Assembly: GCA_965263355.1 (NCBI GenBank) | Contig: CBDHHL010000032.1 | Location: 1,696,001 to 1,760,000, forward strand | DNA from: Leptolyngbyaceae cyanobacterium | GTDB taxonomy: Bacteria > Cyanobacteriota > Cyanobacteriia > Phormidesmidales > Phormidesmidaceae | Direction of reading: 5' to 3' | Length of the DNA: 64,000 bases | Shown: piece after piece, positions 51,801-61,500 of the stretch | How the letters are laid out: each line of letters begins with the position of its first letter | How positions within the stretch are numbered: the first letter of the stretch is position 1 | The notes under the pieces: model-generated | Database searches by the model: none | What the model was told of the DNA's origin: nothing | The model's input: only the letters and a program-made list of their open reading frames with translations | Program-made: the position numbers and the translations under genes

Positions 51801-52295
51801 TGGGCTTCGTAAATTTCGTAAATGTTGTTGTTGTCTTTGGTTAGGGGAAAGCCCTGAGCAACTCATTTTGCTATTAGCTCAGTTGCTTGAAGTGCGATCG
51901 CTATTTTGGGAGGAGTCGCTACTTTAGGGATTTTTACAGGAGGAATAGTGGGTTGACTGCTTACCCTACTTAGTGTTCGCTTACCAACAACATAAAATTC
52001 ATTAGAATACGCCAGTTTTTTTGCCCGCATCCCCCAACGACGACAAAGGGGCCATTGACAGTGTTCGGTAGGCGACATAGGTGATGGTGGATGAACATAA
52101 AAACGGTAGAGGTATAATAGATATCCATAGAGAATTTGCCCACCCTACGGGTGCTCAGCACCATTATCGACACCATCAAACGTAGGTTGGGTTGCCTCAC
52201 CACCAATCCCATCGCCAATTATCCAATTTTTTATCAACCCAACATCTCCAACATCCATAGCCCATCATCCAATTATTCATCAACCCAATATACAT

Positions 52296-52720
52296 CGGGG
52301 ATCGGCTGCCTTAGCAGCCTGGAGCCAAGCATCCCCCAAACCGCTAGTAGTCTTTATCGATGAAATTGACGCCCTGATGGAGGATGCCCTTATCTCCACC
52401 CTGCGTCAGCTGCGCGATGGCTATCCCCGCCGTCCTGAAAACTTCCCGCACTCCCTGGCGCTAGTCGGCCTCAGAGATGTGCGTGATTATAAAGTGGCCT
52501 CTGGCGGTAGCACCCGCTTACAAACCGCTAGTCCCTTCAATATCAAGGTCAAATCATTAACCTTACGAAACTTCAACCAGTCAGAAATTCTTCAGCTCTA
52601 TCAACAACACACAGCAGAAACTGGGCAACAGTTTTCAGCAGATGCCATACAGGTCGCCTATGAACTAACCCAAGGTCAACCCTGGTTAGTCAACGCCTTA
52701 GCCAAAGAAGTTGTTATTGC
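52296..52720 (+). pseudogene. AAA-type ATPase internal fragment
   Basis: PLVVFIDEIDAL...LRQLRDGY...VGLRDVRDY...SPFNIK...TQGQPWLVNALA; no Walker A and no C-terminus. Confidence 0.75.
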
Positions 52721-52928
52721 ATACAATGTCCCTACCGTTTCTGGATTTCTATCCACTAAAAATCAACCCGATCCGCATACACCAACCGCGTCACTGCTCG
52801 CTGTTCGAACAGCAAATATTCTTCCATGATGCTCCAGAAAAATGCCCTTAGGGTTTTCCGCCGTGTGGCGGCTGGTAGCTGATAATTAAACGGTGAATCA
52901 CAGGGTTTAAGCTTGGCCAGATGACTTT

Positions 52929-53020
52929 CGCAGCCGCAACCGTGCTCAATAAAATAACCATGGCGACTAGAAATCGCAGCCGCAACCGTGCTCAATAAAA
53001 TAACCATGGCGACTAGAAAT
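52929..53020 (+). repeat. Exact 46-bp tandem duplication
   Basis: CGCAGCCGCAACCGTGCTCAATAAAATAACCATGGCGACTAGAAAT twice. Confidence 0.95.
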
Positions 53021-53024
53021 ACTG

Positions 53025-53582
53025 TCAATTAAACATAGATACATACCCCCCATGTAAAATTGCGTCAAACTGTCGGGCCACGCCTAGATCCTGTTCACTA
53101 AAACGAAAAGAACGAATTTCAAACACATCCTCCCGCTGTAGTGGATGTAAAAATGTCCAATAAAATGTGGCAGGTACATCGTAGCCCAGCTCATTAAATA
53201 GGTCGCTGACGGTATCGATTAATGCCATACGCTCTGGCGTTTGGCTAGCACTCACTTGCTGACGAATATCATCAAAATTGGGGTAGTGCTCAGGCAGGAA
53301 CGCATTGCCGTAGTGCTCTACTGCTTCATAGGCAAGCTGACCATTTCCTTCACAGTAGGCGGATTTTAGGTGGGCTGCTGCGGGGCGATCGCAAAATAGC
53401 ACGTTACCCTGTTGGTGCTTGGCCCAAAATACCTGAGCCATGGCCGTATATACCTTGGGTTCGCTCATCCAGTTGCCGGCAGCGATACGTTGCCAGCTGA
53501 TAGGCATAGCGTCAAGGGGAACAGCAGGTTCACCTTGGATGGTGGTTAAAGTCTGGCTGGAGACAGTTGGGGTGAAAACCAT
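53025..53582 (-). CDS. Hypothetical protein
   Basis: Long ORF with RBS AGGAG before ATG 53582; no motif recognised. Confidence 0.65.
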   Translation of the reverse strand: MVFTPTVSSQTLTTIQGEPAVPLDAMPISWQRIAAGNWMSEPKVYTAMAQVFWAKHQQGNVLFCDRPAAAHLKSAYCEGNGQLAYEAVEHYGNAFLPEHYPNFDDIRQQVSASQTPERMALIDTVSDLFNELGYDVPATFYWTFLHPLQREDVFEIRSFRFSEQDLGVARQFDAILHGGYVSMFN

Positions 53583-53835
53583 AGGATTTGTTCTCCTGGG
53601 AGGTAGATGTTGTTGTATATAAATGAGGTGAAGGAAGTGCCTCATTAGTGGATGAGAATATAGCAAATACTATGATGTGGCCCTTTGGCTTAAGGTTGAG
53701 TCATTAATCGCAAGATTGATTTACCTGTCGTTGCCGTATTAGCCAATACAATTCAGTTTAGCGCCTTGATTGCTTGAGGTAGGATAATATGAACTGGACG
53801 TGGGGCTACAGCTCATAATTAGTAAACAATCTAAG

Positions 53836-54996
53836 ATGAACCTACTCAACAATCATGCTGATGTTATCAAACGTATTCATGGCAGAGGGTTTGCAGATTA
53901 TACAATTACCCGCCGCCTACCAAAAATCCTGACAACTATTGAAGGCCGGTTAGAGAAAAAGGGGCAGTTAGAAATAGCTCAAACAATGCTGCAAGCAGTT
54001 ATTGCTGGCAGCCCCATTGACACTACAATTTTTACTCGTCCTACAGATTATTGGCAGACCTACATTGACCAGTTAACTGGCTTAACCTGGGATGACTTGT
54101 CATTTTTCGATCTAGAAATTCTCTTCTATCATGGGTTAAATTCCATCGCTGGATATTTTGACAATGGCATTGATGTTTTTCGTCAGGTTCGTCAAAACGC
54201 CTTAACCAAAGCAATCCCGGATCTAGCCACTGGTTTAACCACAATCTCAGAATTATCCGGCATAGCCTTGCTGAAAGCAACCCTTCGGGGCGCTCTATTT
54301 GCCAATGAGGCAGATTACAGTCAGCTGATTACCCCACAGGGTGATACTAATCTCTGGCATAAACGGGTCTTGCTAGATGAAAGCGAGCAGTGGATAGCAA
54401 ATTTACAAAACAATCTCAAAGAAGGAGATATTCATATTATTGCTGATAATGCAGGTCATGAGCTGTGTTGGGATCTGGTCTTAGTCGATGCCATACTCAA
54501 ACTATTCAACACCATCAAGGTTGTTATTCATGTTAAACCATGGCCCATGGTTGTTTCCGATGCGCTTTCTATTGATGTTGAGGAAACAATTAACAAGTTT
54601 TTGAGCAATACTCTCTCTGATAACATGCGCCTACTGGGGCAGAGACTCAAAGCTGCTATGGAGTGTGACCGATTAAGCGTCCAAGCCGAAGCAGACTGGG
54701 GCGAACCCAGACACTTCAACGCCTTGGAGCCAAATCTGGGTAATACCTTGGGGAACTCGATCGGTGTGATCGCAAAAGGCGATCTAAACTATCGTCGACT
54801 GGTAGAAGATCGACAATGGTCTATAGATACCCCGGTTAAGGTGGCAACGGATGGTGTTCCCTTTAATGCCATTGCATTAAGAGTACTCAAATCCGATGCC
54901 CTGGTTGGACTTGACGCATCAGTCGCTGAAACAGCGGCAACACAATTTAGCGATTGGCGCACTCGGGGTTATTTTGCTGTAATGCAATTACTGTAA
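53836..54996 (+). CDS. ARMT1/DUF89 damage-control phosphatase
   Basis: ANEAD, ADNAGHEL, HVKPWPMVVSD, KGDLNYRRL, RVLKSD. Confidence 0.85.
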   Translation: MNLLNNHADVIKRIHGRGFADYTITRRLPKILTTIEGRLEKKGQLEIAQTMLQAVIAGSPIDTTIFTRPTDYWQTYIDQLTGLTWDDLSFFDLEILFYHGLNSIAGYFDNGIDVFRQVRQNALTKAIPDLATGLTTISELSGIALLKATLRGALFANEADYSQLITPQGDTNLWHKRVLLDESEQWIANLQNNLKEGDIHIIADNAGHELCWDLVLVDAILKLFNTIKVVIHVKPWPMVVSDALSIDVEETINKFLSNTLSDNMRLLGQRLKAAMECDRLSVQAEADWGEPRHFNALEPNLGNTLGNSIGVIAKGDLNYRRLVEDRQWSIDTPVKVATDGVPFNAIALRVLKSDALVGLDASVAETAATQFSDWRTRGYFAVMQLL

Positions 54997-55115
54997 ACGG
55001 CAACCTAGTCACCCCTTAGAAGTACTACCCTGTCCTACGGTCTCACCAAACTGTACAGGACTGAGCCCCATATCAGCTAGCTGCTCAATAGAAGTACTTT
55101 CAGGGAATGACTGGA

Positions 55116-56123
55116 TTATTTTGACTGGTACCCGAGCCGAATTAATTGTTCACCTGCAATCTCATTACATATTGCTATCTCAGCTGCAGATAGGTGTTCT
55201 TTCCAATCACCTACTGAGCCAGACCTGACATATTGTCCTTCGCCCTTCTCGGCTATGCGGCTAATATCCGCCGATTTTACAATCTCCTCGATGTGCGGTT
55301 CACTCGCCTCTAGATTGGCAAACTGAAAAATCTGTCGTAGACTTCGCTGTGGATCTGCCTTTAGCGCTTCATATCGTACCGTATGTACCCGATGCCTTAA
55401 CCCATGACGCTCTCGAATCAGCTCACCCCAATCAACACATTGCTTCCACCGCCGAATTGCGCCAGCTGTACCGATCCGCGCCCAACGTTCCTGCTGGGCC
55501 AGTGAATTATATGACACACATACATCTCGCCCATCCCGAACCACTTCAATAATGCGAGCCTCGGGAAAACGCCACAAAATCTGTTCTGCATAGCGAATAT
55601 GCATCGGCGTCTTTTCCAAAATTGTTTGGCCTACCTTGCCATACTGCGCAAAGAACCGATCAAACATGGCCGCTATTAGCTCTTCTGCCTGCACCAAGCC
55701 ACGATTGGTTTCTGGCACTTCTGCCCGGATCGCTCTAATCAGTAACTTTAGTTCGTCATACCCCACTAACCCATGTAAGCCATGACCATCGGGGCGATTC
55801 AAAATTTGATGCTCCCGCAAAATTCCCTGCCAAATATCGCCAGGACGGAAGCCAAACAACAATGGCTTTAGGCCATAGCGCCGTAAAATTCCTTTCCAAG
55901 ACCGTAACCGTTTCCGCCAGGTCCACCTTGGCAACTCCACAAATGGTTCATATACCAGTCGATACACGTGGGTTTCCCTCGGTACTGCTACCACATCTGG
56001 ATGTCTGGTAATCAGGGAGGTTACCCATGAGGTACCTGAGCGTGGACAGCCTACGACAAATAGCTTTGGACAGGACGCTAACTGTCCCATGTAAATATTG
56101 TTACCGACCTCTTGTGTATGCAT
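55116..56123 (-). CDS. Sulfotransferase family protein
   Basis: 5'-PSB GCPRSGTS, EKTP, 3'-PB RDGRDVCVS, VRYEAL, RSGSVGDWK. Confidence 0.88.
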   Translation of the reverse strand: MHTQEVGNNIYMGQLASCPKLFVVGCPRSGTSWVTSLITRHPDVVAVPRETHVYRLVYEPFVELPRWTWRKRLRSWKGILRRYGLKPLLFGFRPGDIWQGILREHQILNRPDGHGLHGLVGYDELKLLIRAIRAEVPETNRGLVQAEELIAAMFDRFFAQYGKVGQTILEKTPMHIRYAEQILWRFPEARIIEVVRDGRDVCVSYNSLAQQERWARIGTAGAIRRWKQCVDWGELIRERHGLRHRVHTVRYEALKADPQRSLRQIFQFANLEASEPHIEEIVKSADISRIAEKGEGQYVRSGSVGDWKEHLSAAEIAICNEIAGEQLIRLGYQSK

Positions 56124-56248
56124 AACTCAATAAAAATAAGGTTAGCAAGTGGCTTAAACGGCCTCGGCCTATGAAGAGCATGACTTTAAATATGGTTCTC
56201 GTTGTTCCCCTAGGAGAAAGAAACTGGAGAATGGGAAAAAACAATAAA

Positions 56249-57384
56249 CTAACTCGCTAATGTCCGTATACCGGTTTTATACGCGTCAGTATTCATGGCT
56301 AGGGCCGCCACAACCGGATAGAGTAGCTTGGCAAATTTACTCGCACTTTGAGCCAGGGTACGGGTGCGGTAATGGGCATAGGCGTTGTCGTCAATCGCCT
56401 GCAGCGATGATGACTGGGCAAATGCTGATAAGGATGATGTCACCACATAGTGATGGTTTGCTACAGTCTTATCCTGGGATTTTAAGCCATCCCCATTGCA
56501 AATCGGCAACAGTCCATGGGAACAGTAGGCAGCATACACCGTAGTCTTGGCTAAATTATTTGGGAACCTGCGATAGTCAAATATTCCAGCCATGGACTCG
56601 GCTAACAGAGCACTGACGTCAGTCGCTGACAAAAAGCCGGTTTTCACAACATTTACATCTAATCCTTTGTGATCCCATTCCACCGGACGACCAACCTCAT
56701 AGAGGGTATCGATATTCAACGTGTGACAAATATGATTGAGTGTCTCTGTATTGTTACGGTAAACACGGGTGCGATCGCTACTGCCAAACACTACCAATGA
56801 CCGCTTATGTTCAGACAGTGGCGTTATCTGGTCTAATTCTCCAATTGTCGAAAAGTTAGGCACACAGTGCACGGTCGACTTAGTCCATCTCGCCAGCGTC
56901 TGCTGAAACGCTGCATTGTTGGTTACCACCACATCGGCTACCTGGGCTAACCCAAGGGACACCCGACGCTGCACAAAATTGGGACATCGCACTCGTCTAT
57001 AGCGCAATGTCGGCAGCTCATGAAACATCACCACAATTCGCACCCCCTTGCGTTTCAGCACTCTCAGCGCATCCACTAACCATATCGGTGCATCTAGTTT
57101 TCCCAGCAGATAGGGATAATTACTGTATTGAAGAAAAATAGTTGATATATTTTCTGGTAGTCGTTCCAATACCCCTTGGACCGTATGGTTATCGAGTCGA
57201 TGTACTGGAAACTGATCCACCTGGGGGCGTAGCTTGGGGTTGGGTCTAAAGACTAGAACTCAGAGAAAATGTAGTTGCGATCGCACAGCTCATGGGCCAG
57301 TTGCAGAGCATAGTCACCGACGCCGTCTACGTCAGGAAATAGGCGCGGGACAATTTGCAAAATTCGAGTTGGTTGAGCAGTCAT
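56249..57384 (-). pseudogene. GT4-like glycosyltransferase with a 1-nt frameshift near 57256
   Basis: N-terminus QIVPRLFPDVDGVGDYA in one frame, remainder (MFHEL, AKTTVYAAYCSHG) in another; adding one T restores EFLVFRP. Confidence 0.7.
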
Positions 57385-57439
57385 AATAAGTGTGTAAGCG
57401 TGGAATTTTGAAGCGGCGGGGTTCACTCCAACGTCGATA

Positions 57440-57632
57440 GATAATCTTTTACCTGTTTCACCAACAGCGGCGTACCGTTGATTAAACAGATTGCCAAAGA
57501 AACCAGGAATCTTGGTCACCGCCACACCATTCTTGGCAACTAACTGCCAGCCCAATTCTTGGCCAAAATACCAATCGAGAATCTGAATCTCGGCCCGAAA
57601 CAGCTTTACTGGCCCTGCATAGGACTGCGGGT
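57440..57632 (-). pseudogene. Thioesterase-like (NRPS/PKS TE) C-terminal fragment
   Basis: PQSYAGPVKLFRAE...LGWQLVAKNGVAVTKIPG, preceded by stops. Confidence 0.5.
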
Positions 57633-58416
57633 ATTAGTCCTATGAACGTTCCAATATTGCCAAGGACGTTTGTCGTGTAATTGGCGAGATATTGGCTCTG
57701 CCACCAGGCAGTGGGTAGAGCCTGAAAGGACGTACGAGCCTAAGAAAATGTTCACTTTACAATTTTTTATGCGAGAGAAGAAGAAACTAATCCTCGTGTT
57801 TTAGTCCCATTTGTTAAACTCCTACCAACCTACGGTGCCCTTTAACTCCATGGCCACTGTACTTCATAATGCTCTATCCTACAGCATCCTAAAACTTAGG
57901 AAAAGCATCTTTATAATAATTGCCATTAGTTACACCAACACACTGCAGATAAATTTCTTTTTATATGCTAAGGGCGTTAGCTTGACTGGAACATCCATAT
58001 TTCCCCATACTGTAAGTGACCCCAAAAATCATCAATAACGTGTCAAATCGGGATGCTCAGATAGCAATTTCTTGTACCAATTTTCAATTATCTTTATTGA
58101 TTTTTTAATATTATCTTTTAGCCATTTTCTAATCGGTCTCAATGACTCTTCTTTTGGGTAGTTATGGGGTAACTAAAACCACAATAAATCAGAAAAAATT
58201 TGGCATATGTTTCAAAAAACCTTCGTAGCCAATTTCAGGTTGTCCTACAAATTCTCCATCAGGTTCTTGATTATAAAACAATAGCATTACCCCAAATTCT
58301 TCATTGCCAAACTTTCTTTGCAAAGCTTTCCAGTGCTCGGATAAATATCTAGCACTACCGTCCTAGCCTAGATATGGCTTTCAAGCTTGCTAGCCTATTT
58401 AACGTCGATTTTTGCT

Positions 58417-58496
58417 AAAAAAAGCGAGCAACGAAAACTAGCTTCGTTGCTCGCTTCTTAATAAGAAAAGCAGACCCGTTATTGAGTCCGCTTTTT
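58417..58496 (-). terminator. Tandem intrinsic terminators of the large exoenzyme gene
   Basis: AAGCGAGCAACGAA/TTCGTTGCTCGCTT with a minus-strand U tail, plus a weaker hairpin at 58465-58496. Confidence 0.7.
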
Positions 58497-58504
58497 ATTA
58501 ACGA

Positions 58505-61500
58505 TTAGACCACAGTAAAGGCAGTCTCAGTCAGTGCGGAAACAGCAACGCCGTTAAGCAATGCCAGGTCCTCATCACCAAAGCTGATCACAGCAGTGTC
58601 ACCACTCTGACCCAGGGACAACTGGTCAAAGGTTAACCCGTCGGCCAGACCAATGAAGTCAATGCCAACTTCAAAGTCAACAATCGTGTCAGTTCCTTCG
58701 CCACTGGCCAGGATGAAAGTATCACTCCCAGAGCCACCGGAGAAATTATCACCCGTTAGGGTATCGTTACCCAAGTCACCCCGGATGATATCGTCACCAT
58801 CGTCACCCCAGATCAGGTCGTCACCGGCATCACCAAAGAGTTCGTCGTTGCCGCCCTTACCACCGATGCGATCATTGCCAGCGCCACCAAAGATCAGGTC
58901 GTCACCACCCGCATTACCCTGAGGATTACGGCTGTCGAGGTCTCCGCGTAGTACATCATCACCGCTACCGCCAGCGATGATATCAGCCCCTAGACCACCG
59001 GCAATGGTGTCGTTGCTGACAGTACCAATAACCTCATTGTCGCCATCATCCCCAACGATGGGGTCAGCGTCAGGAATCGCCGCAGCACCCAGACGGGAAT
59101 CTAGATTTAGCGGATTATCTAGCTCAAGGACGATAACTTCATTGTTATCAATCTCTGTGCCAGTAAAGTCACGACCAATGGAGAAGGGATAGTTATTGTC
59201 ATTGGCCACCAGGATAGTAGTCTCATCCAGGACAAGCACATCCTCGATAGTGACAAATGGGAAGGTAAAGGTAGTTTCGCCATCGCCATTGAGATCGTCA
59301 GGATCTGCAATGTTCAATAGGTCAGCTACTTCAGTCTTCTCAACAAAGCCATCCGCATCTATGTTAGATAGATCTACCTTGAAGATCTTCTTGAATTCGG
59401 CACCAGCGGCCTGACCACCATCACGCTCAATCACCAAGAACTCATCGTCATTGATGGGGGTGAAGTCACCAATGGCATGATTGGTTTCTTCTAACTGGTA
59501 TAGACCCAGGATGCCTTCAAATGCACTGCTAGCAACATCAAATTCGTAGATGCGCAAGGAGCCAGCAGGATCACCAAAGACGGAGCCCTCTAGCATTGGG
59601 TAAAGCGTCAGACGGTCGGGGCTAAAGGCCATGCCTTCATAACCACGAGAACCGCGTAGGTTGGCAAACTCTTCTGCCGTTTCAAACTGTTCGACAATAA
59701 TCCGACCAGTTTCAGGGAAGTCAGTAAAGAAACCATCTACACCCAGCTCGATTAGCTGTTCAAACTCTTCGCCAGCCGTTTGAATAGTGCCATCGGGATT
59801 AAGGGTAAGGAATCTGGGCTCATCCCGTAGGGTATAGGGATGAATTTGCAGACCAGCATCGTGGGCAAAGTCAACCAGAGGTACTACTTCACCTGTGAGC
59901 TGAGAGGTAATGCCAACAGGAATTTCAACAATACCCTCACCCGCTAAGGTAGGTGCAGTAACCGGACCCTGTTCAAACTCAACTTCTAGATCACCGGTTA
60001 CACCAGTAATGGAGAAGGATAGATCATCCGTTAGAATCTGGTACTCAAGGTTAACGGGAACACCGTCTTCTAATGTGAGCTGAGGGAAGAAGTCGAACAA
60101 GCTATCGTCTTCTTCAGTTAAGGTTGTGCCAAAGAAGTCAATATCTAGCTCAAGGCTGTTGGCAGGATCAACAATCTCAGTACCTTCTCCAGTGAATAGT
60201 TCACTGTTGTAAGCTACCAAGCCACCAAAGACACCTTCTGTGGTGTCAAAGGTAATCCGCTGCAGAATGGTTTCATTGGTGCCGTTACCATCACGATCTT
60301 CAGATGTCGCAAAGGACTCGCGCAGCAGGATGTTGTTCTTCCAGGGGCCAAGACCATCGGCATAGCTGCTGATCTCAGTGATGGCCTCACCATTGGCTAA
60401 GGAATCATAGCCAGGATTTTCAAAATCCAGGAAGGGTAGTAGGTCACCGTAGATGGCTTCCTTCTCAGCATCAGACAAGTCAGCGTTAACTACCAAGTCA
60501 TAGGGTACGGAGAAACCGCCACCACCGTCGTTGATAAAGCTGCCTTCGGTGTCACCAAAGAGCTGCACCAACTGGAGGTTATCCAACCCAGCTGCGGGCA
60601 AGATATTATTGCGTAGATCCAGTAGGTTGGAGATTTCAAAGGACTGGATAAAGATGCGATCGCGATCCGTAAATCCAGTGTCTACCAGTGTTTGAACCAG
60701 AGGCTCTTCCAAAGACAGACCCTGCTCATCAAAGAAGGTGGGGTGCTTAGTCTCAGGATAGATACCAATCTCACGACCCACAAGACCGCTGACTTCCTCA
60801 ACCAGTTGAATCACTTCCTCAAATGTGGGAATCTCAAACTGACCGTCGAACTCATCGCTACGGAAATCGCGAGACTGCACCGCACGCAACTGCTTGATCT
60901 CTGCCAGAGTAAAGTCCTCAGCAAAGTAAGCCGTAACCTCAGCGCCATCCAACATCTTAGTGGACATGCGCTCAGGGCCAAACACCTCAGCCACGTTGGT
61001 GGTGTCGTCAAGCATGGGCTCGTGGCGAGCGATAAGAACACCGTCAGAGGTGATCACCAGGTCAGGCTCAACAAAGTCAGCCCCCTGGTAAATCGCTAGA
61101 CGATAGGCCTCAAGCGTGTGCTCAGGGAAGTCACCACTGGCACCCCGGTGACCAATCACCAAAGGCGTCTGGCCATTGAGAGTATTAAAGTCAAAGTCAG
61201 GGTTGTTGGGAGAGCGGACCTCATCAGACGTCAGCTTATCCACAACCGGATCGCCAGTGCGGGGGAAGTCGGTAAAGAAACCGTCTACGCCTAGCTCAAC
61301 CAGCTGTTGGAATTCCTCCTCAGGTGTTTGAGGTGTACCATCCTCATTTAAAGTCAGGAAGCGCTCTTCATCGCGTAGGGTATAGGGGTGAATCTGCAAC
61401 CCAGAATTGTGAGCAAAATCAATTAGGGGGAAGACTTCACCGGTCAGCTGACTGGTAATTTCTGCTACACCGTCGCCATCGCCATCGACGGGAGTGTCTA

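Noticed and set aside
51863..52363. Short ORFs between the TPR gene and the ATPase fragment
   Set aside because: Low complexity, overlap REP-like elements, no recognisable motifs.
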